The notes under the pieces: generated by a model
Told to the model about the DNA's origin: nothing
What the model saw: only the letters and a program-made list of their open reading frames with translations
Databases searched by the model: none
Shown here: one piece after another, positions 1 through 9,953 of the stretch
How the letters are laid out: each line of letters opens with the position of its first letter
Position numbering within the stretch: the stretch's first letter is position 1
Position numbers and translations under genes: made by a program
DNA from: an uncultured Candidatus Saccharibacteria bacterium
Lineage (GTDB): Bacteria > Patescibacteriota > Minisyncoccia > Phycocordibacterales > UBA918
Length of the DNA: 64,000 bases
Reading direction: 5' to 3'
Assembly: GCA_964493145.1 (NCBI GenBank)
Contig: CAZBMV010000001.1
Span: 169,812 to 233,811, forward strand

Positions 1-100
1 AAAACGTGGACAGAGTGTGAGAAGCGCGTGAAGGGGAAGCCGGCAAAGTACAAAAAAGTGTTTTCCGCCGATGAAGAGCGCGCCCTCATGAAACTCTGGG

Positions 101-1693
101 GTGCGTAGTATGCGCGGTATCATTTTTTACACAGCAGGTGTCGCATTCACGAGCGGGATTTTCTTCCGCTCGTTTTTTGATTGGGGATACGCAGGCGCAC
201 TCCTTTTTGTACTCATTGGAGTGTCACTCCTCCTCGCATGGCATTTAAACGTACGCAAACGCACATCACCTTTTTTCATTATTGCCATTGCGTTTATTGC
301 GTGTGCGTTTGGCATGTTTCGGATGGAGTACGCAGAATCTCAAGTTTCCATGTTTCGTGCATACGAAGGGGAGCAGGTGATGCTGTATGGCACCGTTCGT
401 CGTGAACCGGAATTCCGCGAACGAATGCTCCACCTCTACGTTGATCCCAACATTGAAGGTCACGACGAACTCGTGCTTGTGACAACTGATGTTTTTTCTT
501 TTACAGATGACACCATTACGTACGGCGATACCGTGCGCGTAGAAGGCACGCTCAAAAAGCCGGAACCGTTCACCGCTGATGGAGGGCGTACCTTTGATTA
601 CCGCGGGTACCTCAAAGCACGCGATGTGAACTACATGATTCAGTACGGCGAGGTGCTCGTAGAAGGGCGCGGTGCCGGATTCCTCACCGGTCTCTATGAT
701 AGGAAACACAAATTCATGGACGTCATTGAGCGTACAATTCCCGAGCCGGAGGCGGGGCTCGGAGAAGGGGTACTCCTCGGCGTAAAACGAGCACTCGGCG
801 ATTCACTTGAAGAAGTTTTTCGTGCGACTGGTATCATCCACATTGTCGTACTCTCCGGCTATAACATCATGGTTGTCGTTGAGTGTATTACGTACGTTCT
901 CGCACTGTTCTTTTTTCCGCGAACGCGCATGTTTCTCGGCATCGGCATTGTGATTCTCTTTGCGCTCCTCGTGGGATTTTCTGCGACCGTGGTGCGTGCG
1001 TCACTCATGGCAGTGCTCCTCATCATTGCGCGGAACACGGGACGAACGTACGCTGTTCTCCGTGCGCTCATGATTGCACTCGTCCTCATGCTCATGTGGA
1101 ACCCGTACCTCCTCGTCCACGATACGGGGTTTCAACTCTCGTTTCTTGCAACACTCGGACTCATTCTCTTTTCTCCTCACATTGAGGAGCGACTCACCGT
1201 GGTGCCTCGGTTTCTCGGAGTACGCATGTTTGTGACTGCAACCATCGCGGCACAACTCGCCGTCCTGCCGCTCCTCCTCTACCACACGGGGCTCGTCTCT
1301 GTCGTTTCACTTGTGGCAAACGTCCTCGTACTCCCCATGGTGCCCGTTGCCATGGGTTTCACATTTCTCACGGGGACAATCGGTAGTATTTCAGGAACAC
1401 TCGGTAGCATCATCGGGTTTTTTGCACACCTGTCACTTGAATACATTATTGTGATTGCAAAGGTATGTGCGTCGCTCCCGTTCGCGTCATTTTCAATCAC
1501 CGCATTCCCTTTTTGGATTGTGATAATTTCGTACGCACTCATGGGGATGTGCTATGCGCACATCGTCCGTGATACAAAAAAAGTTGACGAAGAAAATCCC
1601 TATGCCGACTGGGTGATAGAGGAGGAGAAAGAAAAACCCGTACGTGAATCACCGAGTGATTCACGTACGGGTTCACCGTTTCCCTTCCGATAG
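101..1693 (+). CDS. comEC: ComEC/Rec2-family competence membrane protein (DNA-uptake channel part; C-terminal MBL domain not included)
   Basis: 530-aa polytopic membrane ORF with N-terminal TM/OB-like region (..DYRGYLKARDVNYMIQYGEV..) followed by many TM helices typical of the ComEC competence domain; the MBL domain is a separate ORF at 2459..3325. Confidence 0.65.
   Translation: MRSMRGIIFYTAGVAFTSGIFFRSFFDWGYAGALLFVLIGVSLLLAWHLNVRKRTSPFFIIAIAFIACAFGMFRMEYAESQVSMFRAYEGEQVMLYGTVRREPEFRERMLHLYVDPNIEGHDELVLVTTDVFSFTDDTITYGDTVRVEGTLKKPEPFTADGGRTFDYRGYLKARDVNYMIQYGEVLVEGRGAGFLTGLYDRKHKFMDVIERTIPEPEAGLGEGVLLGVKRALGDSLEEVFRATGIIHIVVLSGYNIMVVVECITYVLALFFFPRTRMFLGIGIVILFALLVGFSATVVRASLMAVLLIIARNTGRTYAVLRALMIALVLMLMWNPYLLVHDTGFQLSFLATLGLILFSPHIEERLTVVPRFLGVRMFVTATIAAQLAVLPLLLYHTGLVSVVSLVANVLVLPMVPVAMGFTFLTGTIGSISGTLGSIIGFFAHLSLEYIIVIAKVCASLPFASFSITAFPFWIVIISYALMGMCYAHIVRDTKKVDEENPYADWVIEEEKEKPVRESPSDSRTGSPFPFR
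1625..1672 (-). terminator. rho-independent terminator of sodA embedded in the 3' end of the comEC CDS (16-bp perfect stem CCCGTACGTGAATCAC / GTGATTCACGTACGGG, 3-nt loop, T-run on minus strand)
   Basis: perfect inverted repeat read directly at 1637..1671; minus-strand downstream sequence GTTTTTCTTTCTCC. Confidence 0.6.
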
Positions 1694-1694
1694 T

Positions 1695-2291
1695 TTATCC
1701 GATTGCTTCGTACCTCTCTGCAGGAACACCCCAGTTCACGTTTGCGAGGAACGAGTCAACGTAGTTTTTCTTTTCTGCGGGGAGGTAATCAACCATGTAC
1801 GCGTGTTCCCACATGTCCATGGCGAGGATAACGGGGAGTCCGCCGAGTTGCCCGAGTTCGTGGTCAGAAACCCACGCGGTGTGCACGGTGCCACCTTTCG
1901 GGTCTGCGTAGAGAATCGTCCACCCGATACCTCTGCTCATGCCGACCTGTGTGAAGTGGATGATGAATGCGTCCACTGAACCGTACTTCTCGCACACCGC
2001 CTTTGCGAGGGATGATTCTTGATTGAGCTGCTCTGCGCCACCTTCAAACTGCGTGAAATAGTACTCATGCATGCGCATGCCGTTGAATTCAAACCCAAGC
2101 CGACGCCGGATCTCCGCAATGGCATATGCATATTTTTCTGCATCAAGCGTGGTGAGTTCTTTAATCTGCTCACGGAGAACGTTCACGTGCTTCACGTACC
2201 CCTCGTAGAGTGCGAGATGAGCTTTGATTTGTTTTTCTGAGAGACCTTGGAGCCCTCCGAGATTAAATGTTTGTGGTGTGTATGTGTGCAT
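1695..2291 (-). CDS. sodA: Fe/Mn superoxide dismutase
   Basis: 198 aa; hallmark Fe/Mn-SOD motifs (..HHxKHH-like N-terminus, DMWEHAYMVDY metal-binding signature). Confidence 0.9.
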   Translation of the reverse strand: MHTYTPQTFNLGGLQGLSEKQIKAHLALYEGYVKHVNVLREQIKELTTLDAEKYAYAIAEIRRRLGFEFNGMRMHEYYFTQFEGGAEQLNQESSLAKAVCEKYGSVDAFIIHFTQVGMSRGIGWTILYADPKGGTVHTAWVSDHELGQLGGLPVILAMDMWEHAYMVDYLPAEKKNYVDSFLANVNWGVPAERYEAIG

Positions 2292-2377
2292 AAAAAAAGC
2301 TAAATACTATAAACTATAAAGTTATAGATGAACTGGCGTAGTATACCATTTTAGAGTTGCGCTAACACATCCTCCAA

Positions 2378-2399
2378 CTATTCCAGTTAACTGGAATAG
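2378..2399. promoter_or_regulatory. perfect 22-bp palindrome CTATTCCAGTTAACTGGAATAG in the divergent sodA / MBL-hydrolase intergenic region (candidate operator)
   Basis: sequence is its own reverse complement; lies between two divergently transcribed genes. Confidence 0.4.
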
Positions 2400-2458
2400 T
2401 GAGAGAGGATACTGGCTGTGTGAATAGGATACTGCGTGTCGTGAGGTAGAATGGAAAA

Positions 2459-3325
2459 ATGGAAAAAGTGCGATTGCCACTCATTGCGGGGATGCTTTCT
2501 GTTTTCTTTCTCGCTACATACACTGTGTTCGATTCGATTACCTCTACGGATGAGGGTGCTCTCCATGTCACCTTTCTTGATGTCGGGCAGGGGGACGCGA
2601 CCTTGATTGAGTCACCTTCGGGGGCGCAGGTTCTCGTTGATGGTGGAGCGGACAGTCGTGTTCTCTCGGCGCTCGGTGGCGTCATGGGATTTTTTGATCG
2701 CGACATTGACATGATTGTTGCAACGCATCCCGATCAGGACCACATCGGTGGGCTCATTGATGTGCTCATTCGCTACGACGTGAAGGCGGTACTCATGACT
2801 GAAAATATGAACGACACTCCCGTGTACGACGCTTTTGTTCGCGCGGTTGCGGAAGAGGGCGCGGCGGTGTACTACGCGCGTGCGGGACAAACGTACGATC
2901 TCGGTAGCGGTCCTGCAGGGAGTACGACGCTTACAATCCTTTTTCCAGACTACGATCCGACAAATCTTGAGAGCAATACCGCATCCATTGTGGCGCGACT
3001 TATGTACGGTGCAGGCGGGTACCTCCTCACCGGCGACTCCCCGAGCGAAATAGAAGAATATCTCGTTCATAAACTCGGCTCACGTCTTCGGAGCGACGTA
3101 CTCAAGGTTGGTCATCATGGGTCGCGGACCTCTTCATCAGAGGCGTTTGTGACCGCGGTTCAACCAACGTACGCGATTGTTTCTGCGGGGAAGGACAATT
3201 CGTACGGACACCCACACAGTGAGGTAATTGATCGCTTGATCTTACATGGCAGTACACAAAAAAATACCGCCGATCTTGGCAGTATTTTTTTAGAGAGTGA
3301 TGGGGTCTCTCTTTGGTTTAGATAA
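2459..3325 (+). CDS. MBL-fold metallo-hydrolase, ComEC C-terminal-domain-like, with N-terminal membrane anchor
   Basis: 288 aa; N-terminal hydrophobic helix; HxHxDH-type motif (HPDQDHIGG), GDATLIE, GHHGS motifs of the ComEC-type metallo-beta-lactamase domain. Confidence 0.75.
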   Translation: MEKVRLPLIAGMLSVFFLATYTVFDSITSTDEGALHVTFLDVGQGDATLIESPSGAQVLVDGGADSRVLSALGGVMGFFDRDIDMIVATHPDQDHIGGLIDVLIRYDVKAVLMTENMNDTPVYDAFVRAVAEEGAAVYYARAGQTYDLGSGPAGSTTLTILFPDYDPTNLESNTASIVARLMYGAGGYLLTGDSPSEIEEYLVHKLGSRLRSDVLKVGHHGSRTSSSEAFVTAVQPTYAIVSAGKDNSYGHPHSEVIDRLILHGSTQKNTADLGSIFLESDGVSLWFR

Positions 3326-3560
3326 GCCCCGCTTTTTTGAGTGTTTCGTAAGCGCCATTTTTTGCGATGGTGCGTAGCGCTTTTGTTGAGACGTTGACGA
3401 GTACGGTTTTTCCAAGTTCAGGTACAAAGATACGGCGCTTCTGAAGGTTCGGCTGACGGCGCACCTTTCCACAAGGATTGAATTGTGTCGCACGCGTACG
3501 GTTGCTGTAGCGACCGCCCACCTGAGACTTTTTTCCGGTTATTTCACACTGCTTTGCCAT
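3318..3560 (-). CDS. rpmB: 50S ribosomal protein L28
   Basis: MAKQCEITGKKSQVGGRYSNRTRATQFNP.. typical L28; the ORF-track upstream extension (to 3614) lacks support, start taken at the conserved MAKQ. Confidence 0.85.
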   Translation of the reverse strand: MAKQCEITGKKSQVGGRYSNRTRATQFNPCGKVRRQPNLQKRRIFVPELGKTVLVNVSTKALRTIAKNGAYETLKKAGLI

Positions 3561-3666
3561 ATGTGTTGATTTATGTGACGCCAATACTAGCACGCTCCAC
3601 CAAAAAAGCAACAAATTTCAGAAGGAGTACAAAATCAATTGTGCGAACAGGTGACAATCTTGTACA

Positions 3667-4311
3667 ATGGTTCGTATGCTTGAAATCACCACACTCGCAA
3701 TTCTCATTCTTTCCATTGTGCTCCACGAGGTGGCGCACGGGTACGCTGCAAATTGGCTCGGCGATCCCACTGCACGCCTCGCGGGGCGCTTGAGTGCAAA
3801 TCCGCTTCCGCACATAGATCCCGTTGGTTCGGTCCTCATTCCCGCCGCACTCTACATCATGCATGCACCGTTTCTCTTCGGGTGGGCGAGGCCGGTTCCG
3901 TACAACCCATACAATCTTCGGAACCAGAAATGGGGAGAGGCGATGGTCGCCGCCGCTGGCCCGCTCGCGAACCTGTTTCTTGCCGGTGTTTTTGCAATTC
4001 TCATACGATTTTCAGACGTATTTAACTTTACAGAGACATTTACTGAAATGCTTGGGTATGTCGTGTTCATCAATGTGCTCCTCGCACTCTTCAATGCAAT
4101 ACCATTTCCACCGCTCGATGGTTCAAAAATCATCACCCCGTTCCTCCCGTTTGGACTTGAGACGAGGTACCGTGCACTCGCAGGATACATGGAAAATCTT
4201 GGATTTGTTGCACTTTTCCTTTGCGTATTTATCTTCATGCAAATTCTCTGGAAGCCTTTTTCCACACTTGTTTTCCTTGTGTACCAATTTTTGCTTACCT
4301 TCCCGAATTAG
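3667..4311 (+). CDS. site-2 protease family (peptidase M50) zinc metalloprotease, membrane embedded
   Basis: 214 aa, multiple TM helices, HEVAHG (HExxH) motif inside first TM segment and downstream LDG motif. Confidence 0.7.
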   Translation: MVRMLEITTLAILILSIVLHEVAHGYAANWLGDPTARLAGRLSANPLPHIDPVGSVLIPAALYIMHAPFLFGWARPVPYNPYNLRNQKWGEAMVAAAGPLANLFLAGVFAILIRFSDVFNFTETFTEMLGYVVFINVLLALFNAIPFPPLDGSKIITPFLPFGLETRYRALAGYMENLGFVALFLCVFIFMQILWKPFSTLVFLVYQFLLTFPN

Positions 4312-4546
4312 ACACCGACTTGCGCTGTTTCAAAAATTGTGTTACCGTCCATCCAGTAATCAGTAATGAACTATGCCTGAGGCATACCCCCTCGTGGTCG
4401 GATGGGAAGGGCCTCGGGCATACGCAGCGCCCCTTCCGGCCATTTACGGCCACCGCGTTTTCTCCCTTTACGCGGTGGCCCTTTTTTATTGTTGTGCGTG
4501 TCAAAACAAAAAGACCGTAGCGGATGCCACGGTCTTTTTGTGTGTA

Positions 4547-5269
4547 CTATGACGAGCAGGTTGGTGGCGTTGCCGCAGCTTTCGCCATTGCGGAGTCCAT
4601 AATGCGAAGTGCAAAGACGAATATAATGAAGAGGAAGAGGAGGAATGAAAGTGGGGGAAGGGGTACGAACGACACAAACCCGAAAAATTCGGGAAGGTGT
4701 GGCCAGTCACCCATATCCGCCCACCCCTTGTATTTTACCGATCCAAAGTGTATCAAGGTAACGATGAGCGCTACATACCCGAGTCGTTGTGTTGCGCGCC
4801 ACGCCACTTTCGGCATGAATTGTGCAACACTCTTGAGAGAGGTGACGGCGACTAGGAGAAAGAGAATGAGCGCGAGAGTCCCCGTCATGAGGAAAAGCAT
4901 TGCATTCAAGGTGAGCGTTTCTCCGTGGAAGAATTTTGGGTAGTACGCCGGTGTGAGTGTCGCGAGACCCCAAAAGACGTGAACGACGATAACACCAAAC
5001 CCTACCATACCGTAGTATTTACGAAGTGTCGTACCGTTCCCAAATACTCGCGGGACAAGTCGTGCAAGCGGCCCCATCGCGTACGATAATGAGAGTAAGA
5101 ACGTCCCGGCAACCGCGAGACCTGCAAAGGATATCTTGTACGCGACATCACCAAAGGGCATACCCCACCTCCGTGCCCAGAGGTATCCTGCTGAAAGTAT
5201 GAACACAAGTACTCCTGCAAGGATAGCGTGTGCCCAGAGTGTCCATTCACGTTGTTGATTGGTTTCCAT
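4547..5269 (-). CDS. polytopic membrane protein, possibly ferric-reductase-like (MsrQ/YedZ-like) heme-binding TM domain
   Basis: 240 aa, ~6 TM helices; His residues positioned in TM helices (VIVVHVFWGL, LIVTLIHFGSV) resembling bis-heme FRD-type domains; assignment tentative. Confidence 0.45.
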   Translation of the reverse strand: METNQQREWTLWAHAILAGVLVFILSAGYLWARRWGMPFGDVAYKISFAGLAVAGTFLLSLSYAMGPLARLVPRVFGNGTTLRKYYGMVGFGVIVVHVFWGLATLTPAYYPKFFHGETLTLNAMLFLMTGTLALILFLLVAVTSLKSVAQFMPKVAWRATQRLGYVALIVTLIHFGSVKYKGWADMGDWPHLPEFFGFVSFVPLPPLSFLLFLFIIFVFALRIMDSAMAKAAATPPTCSS

Positions 5270-5270
5270 A

Positions 5271-6734
5271 CTAATTTGTTACGTTACTCCTTTTAATTTT
5301 ACGCATCCACACAATGGTGACGGTGAGCAGGATGATGATAGTGAGTGCTTTGAGCGGATGAGCGATGAGGAAGAGTGGCCCCGGTCCGGTAGGGAACTTC
5401 GGTAATGAAGCGAAGTCAGCCCATGCGGCGAAGCGACCGATAGCATTAAAGAGGGGCGCTTGTGCGGTCGTGATTGCAAGAAGAAATACGAGATTTGGCT
5501 TTCCAATGTCACGGAAAAGACGCCCACCAAAAACGAGAAAGATGAGGAGCCAAAAGATGCCCGCGTGTGCCCACGATGCCGGACTGAGGTGAAAATTCTC
5601 AAGTCCGCGCGGAGTGCCCTTGTTTGGAGCCGTACCCGGGTACGCGTTTGGATCGGGGTATGGGCCAACATGGTTTCCGAATTCGCCGCCGTTTGGTTGG
5701 TTGTACGAAACGGTTACATCGGAATTAGTTGTGTATTTGAGTCCAATGTATGGTCCCATCAGGATGAAGAAGAAGAGAAATCCCCAAAGAAATATGAGCG
5801 AACCCCGTACGAAGTCAAAATGCATTTCAGTGTTTTGGCGTTTCCCAAAGATACCGAAGAGTGCGAGCCATCCGAGGACGAGATACGCAAAGTAAATGAA
5901 TGCGGGGACAACCCACGCCAAGCTGTGGGTTTGAAAGAGAAGAAAAATAACAAACCCGACAGTTGTCGCCGCAAGCGAGAATTTCCCAAAATGCTCCATC
6001 AGTTTCACAAATACGTCACTCGTGCCGATAGACTTCACAACCATGATTGCCATGAGAAATCCGATGGAAAAGAACCCGATGTGTGTGTGAAATTGGACCA
6101 AACCAGCAGGCGAAACAGCTCTGTGCTGAATTGCGAACTGAATGAGTATGATGATACCGAGAAAGATGGCGAGGAGGAGGAATGTAATGTAGACACGTAT
6201 CGTATTCCACGGAACGGCGACATCGGACAAGATATCCATTCGCGAAGTATCTCCGGATGAATTCGTTGTTGTGAGGAATGGAATGGAAACACCGCTTGCG
6301 AGGAATGCGATGAGTGCGGTTGTTGCAAAAAACGAAAGTTCAAGAATGAACGCGAGGCCACCGAAGAGGGAGAGGTAGTACGTTCCGAATACTCCGAGTG
6401 AGAGGGTAAATGGGTCCACAACCATGTAGTGGATTACCATAAGTGTCACATAGAGCGGAATGGTAACAAATGAACTCCATATAACCCACTGTTTAAAGCA
6501 TCGTTTGAGGGGAAGCGCAGGTACGAGGAGCGCGTTAATGAGGATAATGAGAGACCACCACGCTGCGTGCGCGTGAAGTACCTTGAGGTATCCGGGGACA
6601 ATGTGACCGGGGACGATGTACCCCCAGACTCCCGTGAGGCCGAGTATCGGTGCCCCGAGGAGGATTGCAACGAGCGAAGCGCAGAAAAGCGGGACGCTGA
6701 GACCGAGAGTGTGCGAACGTTCTTGTGTTTCCAT
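5271..6734 (-). CDS. large polytopic membrane protein, unknown function (probable operon with 4547..5269)
   Basis: 487 aa, >10 hydrophobic helices, 1-nt spacing to downstream membrane ORF; no recognisable catalytic motifs. Confidence 0.5.
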   Translation of the reverse strand: METQERSHTLGLSVPLFCASLVAILLGAPILGLTGVWGYIVPGHIVPGYLKVLHAHAAWWSLIILINALLVPALPLKRCFKQWVIWSSFVTIPLYVTLMVIHYMVVDPFTLSLGVFGTYYLSLFGGLAFILELSFFATTALIAFLASGVSIPFLTTTNSSGDTSRMDILSDVAVPWNTIRVYITFLLLAIFLGIIILIQFAIQHRAVSPAGLVQFHTHIGFFSIGFLMAIMVVKSIGTSDVFVKLMEHFGKFSLAATTVGFVIFLLFQTHSLAWVVPAFIYFAYLVLGWLALFGIFGKRQNTEMHFDFVRGSLIFLWGFLFFFILMGPYIGLKYTTNSDVTVSYNQPNGGEFGNHVGPYPDPNAYPGTAPNKGTPRGLENFHLSPASWAHAGIFWLLIFLVFGGRLFRDIGKPNLVFLLAITTAQAPLFNAIGRFAAWADFASLPKFPTGPGPLFLIAHPLKALTIIILLTVTIVWMRKIKRSNVTN

Positions 6735-6861
6735 ACGTATAATGTGGTGCTCTTAAAATATGTAATAAACGGCTGGTAGTAGCCAACCTTGTTGCCTACA
6801 AGTGTATCATGAACCACTTGCATATTTTGGTATCTAATAGTAGAGTGTGCGGACAAATTTT

Positions 6862-7278
6862 ATGGCAACAATTAATCAGTTAACGAAAAAGGGAAGAAAG
6901 AATCCTGGATCGCGCACAAAGACGGGTGCGCTTCGTTCCGGTTTTAATTCAATTACGAACCGTCCGAATTCGTACAGTTCTCCCTTTAAGCGCGGTGTAT
7001 GTACTCGCGTAACCACGAAGACTCCTCGCAAGCCGAACTCAGCCATTCGTAAAATTGCGCGCGTTCGCCTTACCAATCACCAGGAAATTACCGCGTACAT
7101 CCCAGGTATCGGGCACTCACTTCAGGAACACTCGGTGGTTTTGGTGCGTGGCGGCCGCGTGAAGGACATCGGTGTTAACTACACCATCGTCCGCGGTAAG
7201 TACGACGCAACCGGCGTAGACAAGCGTATGCGTGGACGATCACGTTACGGCGCAAAGAAGCCGAAGGGAGGAAAATAG
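6862..7278 (+). CDS. rpsL: 30S ribosomal protein S12
   Basis: [13 protein letters not shown]...PNSAIRK...VRGGRVKD typical S12; start at conserved MATINQ (ORF track begins 15 nt earlier). Confidence 0.95.
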   Translation: MATINQLTKKGRKNPGSRTKTGALRSGFNSITNRPNSYSSPFKRGVCTRVTTKTPRKPNSAIRKIARVRLTNHQEITAYIPGIGHSLQEHSVVLVRGGRVKDIGVNYTIVRGKYDATGVDKRMRGRSRYGAKKPKGGK

Positions 7279-7521
7279 ATCTTGGAAATTTGGTTCTGAG
7301 TCACAACTCGGAACCCTGTTTCTCAGATATATAATTTGAGAGAGGACAATAGTTTATATCCGCTATAGATCATTGCATGGAACATATGCGGAGAATGAGT
7401 TTGGCGTAGCCAACACTCTCAAAACAAGCAAACGACAGGAATTCTACCTGACCTCATTTAGACGAAACGGAGGTTGGTCTAGAAATTTCTAATCCATTAT
7501 TCATTCATAAGAAATTTTACA

Positions 7522-7995
7522 ATGCGACGACCAATCAAAAGACGACCAACGGTAACAAAAGATGAACGGTATGATTCAGTGAACGTATCGCGCCTCGTTA
7601 ATTACGTCATGGTTCGTGGACAGAAGGAAACCGCACGAAAAATAGTGTACGCGGCATTTGAAGAAATTAAGAACGCGAAGGAAGGCGGGGGTGACCCGGT
7701 AGAGATTTTTGAGACAGCAATCAGGAACGCTGGCCCACAGATGGAGGTTCGTTCACGACGAGTTGGCGGTGCGAACTACCAGGTCCCACGCGAGGTACGC
7801 CCGGAACGACGTCTCGCACTCGCGCTCCGATGGATTATCACCGCGGCACGAGGTCAGAAGGGAAAGCCGATGTTCAAAGCGCTCGCAGACGAAATAATGC
7901 TCGCCGCAAAGGAACAGGGTGCGGCGGTAAAGAAGAAGGACGATACGCACAGGATGGCGGAGGCGAACCGCGCATTTGCCCACTTCGCGTGGTGA
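7522..7995 (+). CDS. rpsG: 30S ribosomal protein S7
   Basis: 157 aa, [32 protein letters not shown] typical S7. Confidence 0.95.
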   Translation: MRRPIKRRPTVTKDERYDSVNVSRLVNYVMVRGQKETARKIVYAAFEEIKNAKEGGGDPVEIFETAIRNAGPQMEVRSRRVGGANYQVPREVRPERRLALALRWIITAARGQKGKPMFKALADEIMLAAKEQGAAVKKKDDTHRMAEANRAFAHFAW

Positions 7996-8241
7996 CCCAA
8001 AATCAAGGAGCGCAACGACTATGATTTTGGAGTCCGTCTAAAAATTCTATCTCTAATGAATTTTTAGACGAACGCGCTCTCAAAATTCAAAGAACTAAAC
8101 ATTTCAAAAAAGCCGCTCATCGTACACATGTACGACTCGCGGCTTTTTTGCTACCTGCCTCGTATCTCATTCAAATGTGCGTTTCTACACCATCTTTGTG
8201 CACGTGGTACAATTTCCCCATACAAGATAAATCACACAACC

Positions 8242-8664
8242 ATGCAGGAAGGATTACCGCACGAACGTAACGAGGAGACGCAGACACCGCAATTTGAAAA
8301 AGTTGAATCACTGCGCGATGTGTCTGAGAAGGTCGCTGAGTGGGGTGATCGTTTTGCGCGCATGTTGGAAAAACGGGGAGAGAGAATAGACCATGTCGGG
8401 ACGGTCATTGGAGAATTTGTTGCGTTTATAAAAGAACGCAATGATGAGTTTGTACGTGGTGCGGAACTAACGGGGGACTCTGAAACGGAACTTATCGTTT
8501 CGCGTATGGCAAGATTTAACGAGCGGCACATTGCCGAGATGGAAGAGGTATTGGATCTTATAGAAAACGATCCTGCGTCACTTGAAAACTTTATGAAGAC
8601 GTATCCCGCAGTCCGCGGAGTGATGGAGTGGGCACAGACGTTCATCACCGATACCGAAAAATAG
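8242..8664 (+). CDS. hypothetical acidic cytoplasmic protein
   Basis: ORF 8128..8664; likely start MQEGLPHE; no recognisable domain. Confidence 0.4.
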   Translation: MQEGLPHERNEETQTPQFEKVESLRDVSEKVAEWGDRFARMLEKRGERIDHVGTVIGEFVAFIKERNDEFVRGAELTGDSETELIVSRMARFNERHIAEMEEVLDLIENDPASLENFMKTYPAVRGVMEWAQTFITDTEK

Positions 8665-8742
8665 TTGCTTTTTTACAAAAACATTGTATAGTATAAAAAG
8701 AAGCCCTGCACACGGCAAGGGTCATTTTGAAGGAGGTACGAT

Positions 8743-9387
8743 ATGAAGGTGCATAAATTGTTGAGTTTGCTCGGATATGAAAATCCCGAACATGTCCTTG
8801 TGATGCTTGGTGAAGCTGAGGTGAAAGCGAAGCTTCTCGAGATACTTTCAGTACTTGAAGCTCTTTCTTTTCCTCACGAAGCGCGTGCTGTCAAGGAGTA
8901 CTTCAACCTTGAAGGAAATGGTCCAAAATCTTTGGATAAAATTGCTAAAGGTTTCGAGAGGCCAGTTACGCGCCTTCGTGTTACGCAGAGGATTTGTAAG
9001 GGTCTTGGCATGATGCGTTGTGATCCACAGCGTCTCATACTCTTGTCCGCGTACGAGGATTCATGTGGGAATCGAGACAGTCCTGAGATCCGGGCCTTAT
9101 TAGGCAAGATTAATAGAATTACCAAAGAACTTGAAAGGATGAATAAGGTTAATGGGATTTGCAAGAATTTGCCACCTGAAGCGTACCCTAAACACCCACG
9201 TTCGGTCTGTGCACTCGGTTTGAGTCGACAAGCGTTAGAAATCTTGCGCTATGCCGAGATTTACAGTATCGATGATCTTGTTCTGAGAAATGAAGAGGAA
9301 ATCTTATCGCTAGATCGTATGGGGCTGAAGCGTCTTGCTGAAATCAAGAAAGCGCTCGCTTCCCGTGGTTTGTTCTTACGAGCATGA
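8743..9387 (+). CDS. hypothetical DNA-binding protein: sigma-70 region-4-like HTH followed by RNA polymerase alpha C-terminal-domain-like HhH
   Basis: NLEGNGPKSLDKIAKGFERPVTRLRVTQRICKGL resembles sigma region 4.2; C-terminus LGLSRQALEILRYAEIYSIDDLVLRNEEEILSLDRMGLKRLAEIKKALASRGL matches the alphaCTD pattern (L.LS.R..N.L....I..I.DL......ELL....GKKS..EI...L...GL). Confidence 0.5.
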   Translation: MKVHKLLSLLGYENPEHVLVMLGEAEVKAKLLEILSVLEALSFPHEARAVKEYFNLEGNGPKSLDKIAKGFERPVTRLRVTQRICKGLGMMRCDPQRLILLSAYEDSCGNRDSPEIRALLGKINRITKELERMNKVNGICKNLPPEAYPKHPRSVCALGLSRQALEILRYAEIYSIDDLVLRNEEEILSLDRMGLKRLAEIKKALASRGLFLRA

Positions 9388-9409
9388 TTTACCTGTGATC
9401 CTCTCAAAG

Positions 9410-9445
9410 AGGCGCGACATCAATCGCGTCTCTTTTTTATTTCGT
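9410..9445 (+). terminator. rho-independent terminator after 8743..9387 (AGAGGCGCGAcatcaaTCGCGTCTCT + T-run)
   Basis: inverted repeat followed by TTTTTTATTT. Confidence 0.6.
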
Positions 9446-9593
9446 TTGCCCTGTACTGCGCTAGAAAAAGTCGGTTACCTAATCCTTCACAACACCAGTT
9501 CATTTATATATTGCAAAATGCGAATTTTGTGATATAATACGAAAAGTTTGAAGTTCTCATTTCAATCGCGAATTAAAGAATCAGGAGGATAAT

Positions 9594-9914
9594 ATGGCGA
9601 AACAGAAAGGTATTTGTGCTGGCGGGAAAGTGACAGGAAGCCACACAACAGTTGTTCCGGCAGCAAAGAAGGTGGTGGAAATCGCACATAAGTGCGATTG
9701 TGTTACAAAAATCGTCCTCGGATACATCAAGGCAGGACTTCCTTCAGCAAAAGGTCTTCGGAAGGTGAAGGTGTCGGAAAAAGAAGCGTGTCTTCTTTTC
9801 TCAGTGCGCGACAATACGACGCACCAAGAGATTTACGTCTACGGGAATAACCTTGTGCAGGCAAAAGAAGAAATAATGCACAATGTCCAAAAAGCGGGGT
9901 TTAAAATTCATTGA
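9594..9914 (+). CDS. hypothetical protein (106 aa) with strong Shine-Dalgarno
   Basis: AGGAGG 7 nt upstream of ATG; no recognisable domain. Confidence 0.45.
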   Translation: MAKQKGICAGGKVTGSHTTVVPAAKKVVEIAHKCDCVTKIVLGYIKAGLPSAKGLRKVKVSEKEACLLFSVRDNTTHQEIYVYGNNLVQAKEEIMHNVQKAGFKIH

Positions 9915-9953
9915 GTAGCAACCGGTGGTGACGTTTTTGTCACCACCGGTTTT

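Noticed and set aside
5460-6260. 266-aa plus-strand ORF
   Set aside because: Antisense to the 487-aa membrane-protein gene; charged low-complexity translation of a hydrophobic gene's complement.
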